From an uncultured Acidobacteriota bacterium (GTDB lineage: Bacteria; Acidobacteriota; Thermoanaerobaculia; Multivoradales; JAHEKO01): a stretch of 64,000 nt of DNA. Positions 1-9,775 of the stretch are shown one piece after another (the stretch's first letter is position 1; each line of letters starts with the position of its first letter). The position numbers and the translations under genes are program-made. Where the stretch lies: NCBI GenBank assembly GCA_963713825.1, contig CAVQNG010000003.1:672001-736000 (forward strand), written 5' to 3'. The notes beneath the pieces were generated by a model, which did no database searches, was not told the origin of the DNA, and saw nothing but the letters and a program-made list of their open reading frames with translations.

Positions 1-2
1 CC

Positions 3-446
3 TGTGCCGTGTTCTTCGCCCTCGGCCTGCGCCCCGCCCGCAGTGGACGCGGTAAGCCGCTGGCCGTCTGGCTCGGCACCGCCGCGTCCCTCCTGGTCGT
101 CGTCGTGATTGCCGGGCACCTGACGGACAGGACCCTGCATCACCTCCGCGAAGCCCATGAGGAGCAGCGGATCACGACGGTCGTCAAGGACTGGGCGGGC
201 AGTCACCCCGTCGAGATTCACAAGATCGACGTGAGAGACGACATCGTCGAGATCCGACTTCTCTTCGGGGTTCCCTGGACCGGGGCGGATGAACTGGTCG
301 CTCCTGGAGCGCTCGTGTCGAAGTCGCTATCCATTGTGACCCTGAGAGACCGCATCGCCTCGACGTTGGAGCGCAGCGTCACCATCCTGCTCAGTGGCCA
401 GATTGTCTTCGAGGAATCGATGGAGGCAGTACCTCCGAGGCCGTGA
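3..446 (+). CDS. 3' part of a membrane protein, DUF389/TIGR00341-like C-terminus (partial, starts before the window)
   Basis: Frame is open from the window edge: hydrophobic helix (LAVWLGTAASLLVVVVIAGHL) followed by a small soluble domain. Family assignment is from recalled architecture only. Confidence 0.45.
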   Translation, partial: CAVFFALGLRPARSGRGKPLAVWLGTAASLLVVVVIAGHLTDRTLHHLREAHEEQRITTVVKDWAGSHPVEIHKIDVRDDIVEIRLLFGVPWTGADELVAPGALVSKSLSIVTLRDRIASTLERSVTILLSGQIVFEESMEAVPPRP

Positions 447-744
447 AACTCGAACCCTGTTTCGGCTGCGGGGCCTCAGTGCCCTCGATCGACGGGCCAA
501 CACATCGCTACATGCTCTCTTCGCCTGGCTGTTGGGCATCTTGATGTGCCGCTGGATGTGGTCCTCCACCCGGTCGCCCCGTTCCGCCCAAGACGCGACC
601 GAAAACCAGCAAGTGGCGAGTAGCCTGTCTTCAACCTTCGCTTACTACGCAGGTCTTAAGAACTGTCGCCAGTTCCTGGGTTGGGGTTTGCCCTTGGCCA
701 ACCGGGAATCGTCTGACAAAAATGAACCGACCAAGGAGAACACC

Positions 745-1053
745 ATGAAACGTCGAACAATCCATTGCTTACTCGCCGTCCTCACGCTGTCCCTCATGCT
801 GGTGGGTTCCGCCACCGCAGGCGAAGACAGAATCGCCCGTTCCAGGTCTGCCGCACCAGCCTCCATCAGCGACGACGCGACCGTGATGGAAGGCGACGGC
901 ATGATTCTCCATGAAGGCAGCAATGGCTGGACATGCAGGCCCGATACGATGCCCAACGACGGCGCCCCGATGTGTAATGACGCAATGTGGACTGAAACCT
1001 GGCAGCCGCCGTTCGGATCTGGATCTCCGATCTGTTCTCTTGGTTGCGGTTAG
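745..1053 (+). pseudogene. Secreted hypothetical protein, C-terminally truncated
   Basis: RBS AAGGAG before ATG 745, signal peptide MKRRTIHCLLAVLTLSLMLVGSATA, family-like motif SAAPASISDDATV..GSNGWTCxP..PMCND. Resemblance is lost after ~990 and the ORF runs into the convergent gene. Confidence 0.55.
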
Positions 1054-1616
1054 CCCACGTCGGTGACGAATCCGTACGAGCCCACAAGAATCGCAAACAG
1101 AATCCAGGCCACGACAGTCAACACGGCGTGGACTGTTGTGCTGGCTGTTACCGCCAGGGTCACGGTGACGGCCAGAAGAGAAGCAGCCACTCGAGGATCG
1201 GATCAAGTTGGCCGAAAATCACCGGGTAGATCGACATCCCCCACACCACGGCCACCGACATGGTGGCAAAAAAGCTGCGGTGGACTCGGTAGTAGTACTG
1301 TCGTGAGTCGAGATCCGGTCGGAGCCGAGGTCTGGAATCAGGATGTTGGTGGCAGCGGACAGCGCCACTGGTCCGCCAAGAAGAAAGAGATAGGTGAGAT
1401 AGTTCCAGTTTGTGCCAGCCGGAATTCCCGGAAGCTCCACCAGACGTGAAAATAGAGTAACAGCAACAGCGAGAGCCAAGCGCCGTGCAGCCAGTAGGGC
1501 CGTACCTGAGCCCGGTGCTTGACCATCTCACCTACCGCGGTGATCAGACGCACCACGCCCATGCCCAAGAGGACCGCGAACATGACAGCGAGGAATGGAA
1601 ATGCGGACACGGTCAT
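1050..1616 (-). CDS. Hypothetical integral membrane protein (frameshifted)
   Basis: Hydrophobic segments continue across frames: MTVSAFPFLAVMFAVLLGMGVVRL..YWLHGAW..WW (1338-1616), NWNYLTYLFLLGGP (1219-1479 frame), and terminal VLTVVAWILFAILVGSYGFVTDVG* with stop at 1050. Confidence 0.6.
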
Positions 1617-1637
1617 CGACTACCGATGATAGCTCAC

Positions 1638-1849
1638 CAGTGGTGGATGAGCTTATACAACGAGCGCCGACCGCACTCGTCGCTCGACGACCGGACGCCC
1701 GAGGAGGCGTACACTGACGACGGGGCTGCTCGGAGACCGGGGCTTCGCCCCGCCGCCTCGCAGCCCAAAGAGGAAGCAGCCTGAATCATGAACCCGCATC
1801 CCCACCTTAGCTGTCACTGAAAACTGTCCGAAGGATGGGGTCCACCTCT
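1638..1849 (+). mobile_element. IS3-family insertion sequence remnant (3' end of OrfB plus right end)
   Basis: WMSLYNERRPHSSLDDRTPEEAY matches the IS3 integrase C-terminal YNxxRPHSSLxxxTP motif. It is followed by AAACTGTCCGAAGGATGGGGTCCACCTCT, which resembles an IS3-type right terminus. Confidence 0.8.
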
Positions 1850-1976
1850 GTAGTACATCGCCTCGATTTGACCGTTTGCCGAGATGCCCTAGATGGCGAT
1901 GATAAAACAACGTCAAAAATCTTATGCATCACTTCTCTCCGCAATCAAAAAGCAAGATCTCGATTGGTGCATTAAC

Positions 1977-2008
1977 CGAAAAAGGCCGTCCAGAGACGGA
2001 CTTTTTCG
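1977..2008. terminator. Rho-independent (bidirectional-type) terminator after the arylsulfatase
   Basis: CGAAAAAG-G-CCGTC-CAGA-GACGG-A-CTTTTTCG hairpin flanked by A and T tracts, 20 nt past the sulfatase stop. Confidence 0.75.
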
Positions 2009-2027
2009 TTACTTGCTGTTTGCACTG

Positions 2028-3580
2028 CTAGTGCCTGGTGCCCTTATTCATTTCTTCGATCTGTTGCTGCATCTTCGTCAAATTGAACGAACCTGGTGTC
2101 TGGCTGGGCGGGTAGTCCTTGAAGGTCATGAGGAACTCCCCAACCTTTGCGGCGCTTGGCGCAATGGCAAAAGCGTGATCCAGCCACCAGTCGTAATAGG
2201 TGTTCGAGTTTTCCTGGGCTCTTTCATACGGATCGCGTCGCAGATTGAAAATCAATGGGGCGCGCAACGTACAAATGGTTCCAGCCAGAGAGCCATTGTT
2301 TTAGCACGCATCACCTGGAAGGTAATCTTCCAGTCGTTCCAGCGGGCAGCAACAATCTCGCCGACATCATTTACATAGACGAACTCATGGCGTGGCGACT
2401 CTTTCACCTTGCCCGTCAGGTAATCGAGCTGGTTATAGCCATCAATGAAGTTTTTGTAAGTGCGACCATTGAGCTCTACACCCTTCAAAAGCTTTTCCTT
2501 GATGTCGGGCGCACCGGCGATAGCAGCAAAGGTAGGCAGCCAATCTTCGTGTGAAACAATACCATTGAGGGTTACGCCTGCAGGGAAATGACCGGGCCAA
2601 CATATAAAGGCAGGCACACGGTAAGCACCTTCCCAGTTGGTGTTCTTTTCACTGCGGAATGGCGTGGTGCCTGCATCGGGCCAGGAATTGTAGTGCACGC
2701 CGTTATCGGTGGAATACTGAACAATCGTGTTATCGGCAACACCCAGCTCATCCAGTAACTTGAGGAACTCGCCAACATGCATGTCGTGTTCAACCATGCC
2801 GTCACCGTATTCATTTTGCCCCGAAATACCTATATGTTCTTCCTTTAAGTGGGTGCGAAAGTGCATGCGCGTGCCATTCCACCAAACAAAAAATGGTATG
2901 TCAGCTTTGACCTGCTCTGTAATAAACTTCTTAGCGGCAGCTACCGTTTCATCATCAATGGTTTCCATGCGTTTTATGGTCAGCGGGCCAGTGTCTTCAA
3001 TCTTTTGCCCACCCTTGCCATCAGCCCAAGAATGGATCACCCCGCGCGGGCCAAACTTTTTGCGAAACTCAGGATTTTTCGGATAGTCTCTGTGCTCCGG
3101 CTCTTCTTCGGCATTCAAATGATAGAGATTGCCCATGAATTCGTCGAAGCCGTGCATCGTCGGCAGATGCTCATCGAGATCGCCTAAGTGATTTTTGCCA
3201 AACTGGCCGGTGGCGTAGCCCTGGCTTTTTAGTACCGTGGCCATCGTCATATCCGTTTTCTGCCAACCTTCCTTCGCACCGGGTAAACCGACCTGGTCAT
3301 ACCATTCGGTTAGGGACACTACCACAGAAAAAGCCGCTCTACCTGCCGAGCAACTTCGTGAGCGTAATAGTCAGTGAAACCTATGCCTTCTTTGGCGATA
3401 CGGTCAATGTTGGGCGTCATATAACCATCATGCCGCGATTGTTATAGCTGATATTCTCCATGCCAATGTCATCGCCCCAGATCACCAGGATATTCGGCTT
3501 CTCCTGGGCCATGGCTCCTTGTACGTCAGGGCCAACACCAAAAGGAACAATGCAGCTGCTACGAATTTGCTTTGTCGCAT
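2028..3580 (-). CDS. Cys-type arylsulfatase (frameshifted over several frames)
   Basis: RBS GAGGAG, ATG at 3580, KPNILVIWGDDIG, FTDYY..SCSAGRAAF (CxAxR formylglycine motif), GQFGKNHLG, STDNG, EGAYRVP, C-terminal IFNLRRDPYE. ORF pieces are 2252-3325 and 2028-2267. Confidence 0.9.
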
Positions 3581-3657
3581 CCAACCTCTCCTCTTCTGTC
3601 CATTGACTTGTCTTGATGCAATCGCGTCACACATTTACAGGTGCTTCGTACCACTCC

Positions 3658-4290
3658 TCAACGCTCGCAGGAGATCTCTTCAGCGCTGCGGGTCTCTCGG
3701 ATCTTGAGAATCGCCTGGTCCGCCGCGACGCTCGCCTGCTGAACGGTGTCGACGTCGTCGTCGAGGTCGGTCAGACCGGCGAACAGGGGCTCGTTGGCGG
3801 TCTTCTGGTCCTGCTGGTCGACCGCAACAAGAGCTTCGATCCAATCGCCCCGCGAGAGCGAAGTCCGGGTTCTCCGACGTGGCCCCAGCCTTGGCGAGCA
3901 GCTCCGCACGATCGTGCTGGCAATCGACTAGGGCATCGAGTGCATTGGTGTTGTCCTGGCCGATGGCCGCGATCCACTCTTCCTCGGTCTGCGGCAGATC
4001 GTAGGCCTGACCCTCGGCTTCCTTCTGGCGCAGCTCCTCGAGCTAGCCTTGTTTGCCTTTTTCTTCTTGTTGGAGTCGGAGATGGCGCACCCCACGGCGC
4101 GCGCGGCCGCGCCCACTGCGGCACCGACCACCGCTCCGCCAAGGTCACCCCCCACCAACAGACCGAGAATCGCCCCGCCGGCTGCCCCTCGGCCGGCCCA
4201 GCGGCCGGTGCCACTTTTGGCGGGACGTCTGGGTGTGCTCGCCAGGGCGACCATGAGGGCAAGACTCGTCAGTTTCTTAGCTCGGTTCAT
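3658..4290 (-). CDS. Secreted glycine-zipper (YMGG-like) protein, frameshifted
   Basis: Signal-like MNRAKKLTSLALMVALAS and GAAGGAILGLLVGGDLGGAVVGAAVGAA glycine zipper. A helical C-terminus continues in the 3658-3909 frame. Confidence 0.6.
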
Positions 4291-4383
4291 ACGGAGATCC
4301 TTCCCATGAATGACTCTTTGTGTAACGAGCGAATGGTCCCGTGAGACAACGACCTCGTACGGGGGCTGCATCCTATCAGAGGT

Positions 4384-4427
4384 GCTTGATGTCGTGATGT
4401 TATAGAGCTTGATGCTATGATGTCACC
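4384..4427 (+). promoter_or_regulatory. vapBC promoter/operator: tandem repeats plus extended -10, probably leaderless
   Basis: GCTTGATGTCGTGATGT (4384-4400) and GCTTGATGCTATGATGT (4407-4423). TGcTATGAT ends 6 nt before ATG 4428, with no Shine-Dalgarno. Confidence 0.6.
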
Positions 4428-4693
4428 ATGAGAACAACGGTGCGAATCGAAGACGATCTGCTTCTCGAGCTCAAAGACAAAGCCGCCCAAGAGAGATCCT
4501 CTCTTGCCAGGGTCTTCAACCAGGCCCTGCGAGCCGGGCTGCGAGCTGAGCAGAAGACCAAGAAACCCCGCCCTGGTTACCACGGAAGACTCATTCGTTG
4601 GGTGTCCCCCGAGTCGACCTCACCAAGGCACTGTCTCTTTCCACGCAACTGGAAGACGACGAAGCTCTTCGCAAGGTGCAGCTGCGCAAATGA
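4428..4693 (+). CDS. vapB: VapB-type ribbon-helix-helix antitoxin (frameshifted)
   Basis: MRTTVRIEDDLL..L..VFNQALRAGL. The native C-terminus VDLTKALSLSTQLEDDEALRKVQLRK* lies in another frame and its stop overlaps the toxin start (ATGA). Confidence 0.8.
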
Positions 4694-5116
4694 AGCTGCT
4701 CGACCTCAACGTCCTTCTCTACGTCGTCAACGAAGATGCGGTTCACCACCAGGTGTCTCTGACTGGTGAAGAGACTCTGCAGGGAGATGAGCCCGTGGGC
4801 CTCGCATGGGTGGTTCTGCTCGGCTTTCTTCGACTGAGTACGAACCCGGCTATCTTTCCTTCTCCTCTAGATTCCGAAACCGCGCTTGCCAAGGTCGGAA
4901 CCTGGTTGTCTCTCGACCAGGCTCGCCTTGTCCGGGAGAGCGACGACCACTGGCATATCCTCTGTGGCCTTCTTGCCGAAACTGGCAGCGCCGGAAACCT
5001 GACAACGGATGGGCACCTGGCCGCTCTGGCCATCAGTCATGGTGCGACCCTCGTCTCCTTCGACAACGACTTCGCGCCGCTTCCCAGGTCTGCGTTGGGA
5101 GAGCCCTTCCAGCTAG
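4690..5116 (+). CDS. vapC: VapC PIN-domain toxin (mycobacterial-like family; frameshift near 3' end)
   Basis: MKLLDLNVLLY, GFLRLSTNP, GNLTTDGHLAALAISHGATLVSFDNDF. The typical ending RFPGLRWESP lies in a shifted frame with stop at 5114-5116. Confidence 0.88.
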
Positions 5117-5152
5117 ATACCGACTCAACTCGCCAGCGACGCTCCAGCCTTA

Positions 5153-5548
5153 CTACGGCGTGTACCAGATCGGACTCGTATCGGCCCGATCCTGGTGGCT
5201 CAGCGGACATCGTCGGGCATCGTGATGCCGAAGAACTGCGCATCGAAGGCCTGCCAGGTCGGGTCGGGATCTCGAGCACGCAAGAGTAGTAGAAGGCACT
5301 GTGCTTCGGATTGAAGTCAGGGTCCTTCCAGACCGTGATGAGCGCGGGTCGCCGATGGTGTTGGTCCAGGTAGCGTTCTCGATGTCGACCGTGTTGCCCA
5401 CCAGTGGCAGGTTGCCTTGTGCGTCGAGTGAGCGCCGATCGGCATCGCCCCAAGCGACGTTGTAGACCTTCTCCTGGGTCTTGCCACTCCTGTCCACCCA
5501 CCCCTTAACGATCTGGATCCGATCGAGATTAGCACTGGTGGGATGCTT
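5153..5548 (-). pseudogene. DUF3604-family protein, C-terminal fragment only
   Basis: SANLDRIQIVKGW..EKVYNVAW..VGNTVD..WTNTIG..VWKDPDF..AFYY..VLEIPT..TSPIWYTP. There is no start codon or N-terminal portion, and the upstream gene abuts it. Confidence 0.8.
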
Positions 5549-5555
5549 ACACCCT

Positions 5556-6374
5556 CTAGCGGGTCCCTCCCGGAATCCGCACCGGAAACGTGAACCCGAT
5601 CCGCGCGACCCAGTCAGGAGCCCCGTCGGGCTTGACTACGTTGGCGTAGGCCTGCAAGGACACATTCATCCTCGCTGGATCGAACTCGAAGCTCCTGCCG
5701 ATGCCACCGCCCAGCGGCACGAGCCATCTCTGCCCCGAGGCGGCGTTCCAGTTCGCCGTGATGATGGGTGCGGAGACGAAGAACCATTTCCCGCCGAGGG
5801 TACGTCGGACCAGCCCTCGCGCCAGCAGCTGATGAATGTCCGCCCGGTCGGAATCGCCGGCGAACGACCATCGATTGGCGGCGAGTACCCCGAACCGCCA
5901 GGCGCCGACCTGGTGGCCGAGGCGCACCGCCGGCCCCGCCTGCCACTTGCCGCTGCCCAGACGATCGTCGGTCGCGATGGGAATACCGACGGCCACCCCC
6001 ACACCCCACATCGAACCCTCGGATGTCGTTCGCGTGTAGAAGACGGCGTCGGTGAGATCACCGAGGCCGAAGACCTTGGGTCCGGGAATCGGTTCCGGGT
6101 TGCCGGGAACACCGGGTATTCCTCCCGGCGCATCCGCGATCGTCACCATCGCGACGTTGACCAACTTCCAATCTTCGCGGACAACAATGGAGTTGACGGG
6201 AATCACTCGTCCGATGATGGCGTCGCCGTTGTCGGCTCCGAAGTCGGATTCGATCTCGAACGGCAGCAAAAAGACGCGTCCCACGGCCTCCTGCGCCACC
6301 ACCGCAGCCGCCCACATCCCAACGACTGCCATCACCAGGAGGACTCTCGTCGAGCTCTTTCGTGCCAAGATCAT
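5556..6374 (-). CDS. Putative outer-membrane beta-barrel (MetA/phenol-pathway-like, 'neuromedin U'-type) protein
   Basis: Signal peptide, FGLGDL, PIATDDRLGSGKWQAGP, WLVPLGGGIGR, C-terminal amphipathic strand WVARIGFTFP. Confidence 0.7.
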   Translation of the reverse strand: MILARKSSTRVLLVMAVVGMWAAAVVAQEAVGRVFLLPFEIESDFGADNGDAIIGRVIPVNSIVVREDWKLVNVAMVTIADAPGGIPGVPGNPEPIPGPKVFGLGDLTDAVFYTRTTSEGSMWGVGVAVGIPIATDDRLGSGKWQAGPAVRLGHQVGAWRFGVLAANRWSFAGDSDRADIHQLLARGLVRRTLGGKWFFVSAPIITANWNAASGQRWLVPLGGGIGRSFEFDPARMNVSLQAYANVVKPDGAPDWVARIGFTFPVRIPGGTR

Positions 6375-6418
6375 TTTCCTCGAATACCCTCAGCTCCTCG
6401 ACTGCGATTCGATACGTC

Positions 6419-7282
6419 TTACTCTGTCACCCACTCGTGAGCGTCGTGGAATCTGAACTCGACGAGGAATCGTAGATCATTGACAGTACCTTCGGCGGGC
6501 CGCACGAGATTGTGAAAAAACTGCAAACCAAGGTTCATCTGTGCCCAGCCGAGCTCGAAGTGTCGCTGTACGCCACCGCCCACAGGGAGATACAACTTAT
6601 CACCCGACGGTTTGTTCCAGTACACCTGGATGCCGTAGGGAACGTGCGTCAGGTCCCAGTGCTCGCTCACCGAATAGAAGGCAAACGGCTTGATCATGAG
6701 CATGTTGACGCTTTTGCGATCCTCATCGCCGGCAACCGACCAGACCTGGAGCGCGATGGCGCCGGCGAACCAGCGGCCGCTCTCGTACTCGTAATCGAAG
6801 CTGGGTCCGAGTGACCACTTGCCGCTGCCGAGGGTATCGTCCGAGGCGGTCGGGAACTGAGCCGCCACCCCAGGCGCGAAATGGTGTTTTCCGTGGTGTT
6901 CACTCTTCTTCGAAAACCAGAACGCGGTGAGCAAGTCGGTGATGCCATCGGCGGCCGCGGTGCCCGCATCCGGATTACCCGCCGGTTGACCCGGTATGCC
7001 GCGGCCGTACTCCGCCACCTCGAAGTACGAGATGTTCTTGATCTCGAGGCTCTTCAGGCTGAGCTTGCTCTCGAACTCCATTCCCAGCGTGGTCGCGTCG
7101 TCGCTCTCGTCCTGCAGGAAGCTGCGAAAGATCCAGTTGGCGTAGCGGTTGAGTCGGAGTCCCCTCGCGTCGGTGTCTACTGCCTCGCCATGCTCCTCCT
7201 GCGCTAGAAGAGGTTTCTCGGCGCCGACGATCAGCAGGACGACAGCGATGGCGATGAGCACGACAAGGCTTCTCGAGTTCAT
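6419..7282 (-). CDS. Paralogous putative outer-membrane beta-barrel protein
   Basis: Signal peptide, GITDL, FPTASDDTLGSGKWSLGP, LPVGGGVQR, terminal LRFLVEFRF. Confidence 0.7.
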   Translation of the reverse strand: MNSRSLVVLIAIAVVLLIVGAEKPLLAQEEHGEAVDTDARGLRLNRYANWIFRSFLQDESDDATTLGMEFESKLSLKSLEIKNISYFEVAEYGRGIPGQPAGNPDAGTAAADGITDLLTAFWFSKKSEHHGKHHFAPGVAAQFPTASDDTLGSGKWSLGPSFDYEYESGRWFAGAIALQVWSVAGDEDRKSVNMLMIKPFAFYSVSEHWDLTHVPYGIQVYWNKPSGDKLYLPVGGGVQRHFELGWAQMNLGLQFFHNLVRPAEGTVNDLRFLVEFRFHDAHEWVTE

Positions 7283-7542
7283 GTCAGGGTTCTCCCAGCA
7301 GCAGCTCGACTCGTTTCACTCGCCTCGCCCTTGAAGAAAGGCAGAAAGTCGTAGCCGTCAAGTCCAATGCGCATGGTCGCGCGGTCCTCATCCGAGATGT
7401 CGGAGCCCGCTTCGGCACTCTCATCCTCGTCTGCCGTTTCCTTCTGGTTGTCCGCCTGAGCTGCAGCGACCCCCGGCAGGCTGGGCGCGAGCAGGAGGGT
7501 CAGCCCTAGAATCCCGACCCCTCGTTGGTTGAAGACTTTCAT
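7279..7542 (-). pseudogene. Short chimeric remnant: signal peptide joined to an arylsulfatase-like internal fragment
   Basis: MKVFNQRGVGILGLTLLLAPSLPGVAAA signal, then LDGYDFLPFFKGEAS, which resembles the IDGYNQLDYLTGK segment of the sulfatase at 2028-3580. Confidence 0.5.
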
Positions 7543-7811
7543 GTTCACTGTCCTATTCCTTGAGTCTCCGCCCGCCGTCGACGGGAGAGGCCTGTGATTA
7601 TCCCCTGCCGCCCCAGGCGTACTGATAGGCGATGGAGATTGTATCGTGGTCCCCGCAGGCTCTTCGCGTTACCGCAGAGCCCAGTCCAAAGACGATGCCC
7701 TAAGAGGCTGTGACCGGGTAGGCCAGCGACCAGCGAAAACGCCAGTTGCTCTGAAGGGTCTAAAGAAACCCGTTTCTCTAGACCTTCGAAGATGAACCCC
7801 TCGCCACGCGC

Positions 7812-8432
7812 TCACTCCGGGGCGTCCGCGGTAGAAGGTCCGCTCGGCGAGGGGTCTTTCTTCGCCAACAGCGCCTCCGTCCCCACTCCCCAATTCAGGG
7901 GCCAGCCCAGGGCATCAGACATCGAGCACTCGAGACGTTCGAGCTTGGTCGGACTGACGATCTGGAGGAATCCCATTCCCGGAGCCGGGGCCATCGGCGC
8001 GAACACAGTCAGATCTCCATCCGGCAGCTCTTCGACAATGGCCACGAGCATTCGGGAGTCGGGGGCTACAGTCATGAGTGCCGGCTGGAGACCCTCCTGC
8101 TCTTCGCCCGAGAGCCGCTGCGACAGGCTCTTGAGGAGTGCATAGGGAGGGAACTTGCCCATGACGGTGTCCTCGAACCACCGCCCGAAACGACGAGCGA
8201 GGGTGGTGTGGGCAACCTGAGCCACCAGGATGCAGAGCACGATGAGGACGAGGAAGGCAAAGAGACGCTGCATGCCTTCTCTGCGAATCAGGCTCCCGGG
8301 CATCACGTCGACGATCGGCTGCGTCAAAGAAAGGAGCAGGTCGACCAGCTGACCCAGCAACAGGTACGCGATCAGAAACGGAAGGAGGATGAAAAAGCCC
8401 CGCATGGTCTTCGCTACGATTGATTCCTTCAT
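7812..8432 (-). CDS. DUF502-family membrane protein
   Basis: GFFILLPFLI N-terminal TM pair, FPPYALLK, and TVFAPMAPAPGMGFL (DUF502 VFxPxxPxPxxG motif). Confidence 0.8.
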   Translation of the reverse strand: MKESIVAKTMRGFFILLPFLIAYLLLGQLVDLLLSLTQPIVDVMPGSLIRREGMQRLFAFLVLIVLCILVAQVAHTTLARRFGRWFEDTVMGKFPPYALLKSLSQRLSGEEQEGLQPALMTVAPDSRMLVAIVEELPDGDLTVFAPMAPAPGMGFLQIVSPTKLERLECSMSDALGWPLNWGVGTEALLAKKDPSPSGPSTADAPE

Positions 8433-8477
8433 TTCCCCAATCTCCTCTCTGGCTCAATTCGGCAACCGGAAGGCGAG

Positions 8478-8556
8478 GCCCGTCCCGCAGCGCCTCGAGC
8501 GTGATCTCCGCTCCTGCGGTCGGCGTAGCATAGTCGTTGACCAGGAGGATCTTCAT
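8478..8556 (-). pseudogene. GT4 glycosyltransferase N-terminal stub
   Basis: MKILLVNDYATPTAGAEITLEALRDG matches the classic GT4 start (MKILxVxxxxxxxGGAE) and is cut after ~26 codons. Confidence 0.55.
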
Positions 8557-8581
8557 CCTGCCGGCACCATGAGGCGCAATC

Positions 8582-9637
8582 TCAACCGCCTCCAGCCTCC
8601 GTCTCGATCGGAATGGTCCTGGACTCCGCTGCCGACCGCATCGCTGCATCCAACAAAGACAGACCACGAAGACCGTCTGCAAGATCCGGTCTTGCTGGGC
8701 GGCCTTCTCGGGCCGCTCGAGAGAATTCGTTCAGGGCCTCCGAGTAGCTCGCCTCGGGTACCCCACCGCGGAGCTTGCGCTGCCAATAGGAGAGGTCAGC
8801 CAGCGCCCCCACGGCATTCGATACCCGGAGCAGTCGTACCCGATCGAGCGTAGTCGGATGTACCTCTATTCGATCGCTGCGATAGCGATCGATGACGATC
8901 CTGCCGGCGTCGCCATAGATCTCGATGCGGTCGTCCTCCACCGAGCTGATCGTGGCCAGGATATGAACGGCTACGCCGCCCTCCATCTCCAGCCGAACCG
9001 TCGCCGTATCGTCCTCGGAATGAACCGATCGCAGGTGGCACGAGATGGCCAGTGGTCGGGATTGCAGTAGCCATGGCAGCAGATCGAGATGGTGCGACGC
9101 CAGGTCCAGCAACGCTCCGCCTCCGGTCTCCCGCTGCCGTTTCCAGTCGGGCAGATCCCGCAAGGGGGTGGAGAAGACGGTCTGCACGGCTACTACCCGG
9201 CCGATCCGCCCCTTGGCTACCAACCTGCGCGCCTCCCCTTGCATGCTGCCGAAGCGGTAGTTGTGCCCGATCATGCCGGTCGTTCCCGCCGCCTTCCATG
9301 CCGCGACGACCTCCCGCGCGGCCGCCAGAGTCGGAGCCAGGGGTTTCTCCAGATAGACGTGCAATCCCCTGGCGAAGGCTGCGGCGGCGGCGCCAGCGTG
9401 CAGTGCGTTCGGCAGGGTAATCACCACGGCGTCGAGCTGGACCTCGTCAAGAAGCGTCTCGATCCCATCGAATACCGCGGCAGCAGGAAGACAACGGCTC
9501 ACCTCTTCCCGCCGGGCGGCGTCCGTCTCGGCTATCGCAACTACATCGACGCCCTCGAGTCCCGTCAGCACCGGCAGATGGATGTGCTCGGCCACCCGAC
9601 CGTAGCCCAGCAGGGCAACTCTGAGTTTGCTCTCCAC
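8582..9637 (-). CDS. Gfo/Idh/MocA-family NAD(P)-dependent oxidoreductase
   Basis: LRVALLGYGRVA, HVYLEKPLA, GGGALLDLASHHLD. Confidence 0.92.
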   Translation of the reverse strand: MESKLRVALLGYGRVAEHIHLPVLTGLEGVDVVAIAETDAARREEVSRCLPAAAVFDGIETLLDEVQLDAVVITLPNALHAGAAAAAFARGLHVYLEKPLAPTLAAAREVVAAWKAAGTTGMIGHNYRFGSMQGEARRLVAKGRIGRVVAVQTVFSTPLRDLPDWKRQRETGGGALLDLASHHLDLLPWLLQSRPLAISCHLRSVHSEDDTATVRLEMEGGVAVHILATISSVEDDRIEIYGDAGRIVIDRYRSDRIEVHPTTLDRVRLLRVSNAVGALADLSYWQRKLRGGVPEASYSEALNEFSRAAREGRPARPDLADGLRGLSLLDAAMRSAAESRTIPIETEAGGG

Positions 9638-9775
9638 TATGCTCGACTCCTATCAAGGGCTGTTCGGCGACCTTGCATTTCGAAGAACCCTATACTCCCA
9701 TGGCCGAACGCTCACGTGGAGAAAGGGCATCCGCGAGCTCGAGACCGGGTCCCCGCCACCTATACTTGGCGCTCG

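Noticed and set aside
9089-9775. Long N-terminal extension of cls (718-aa ORF)
   Set aside because: It is the antisense shadow of the Gfo/Idh/MocA gene. Cls homology starts near 9776-9840.
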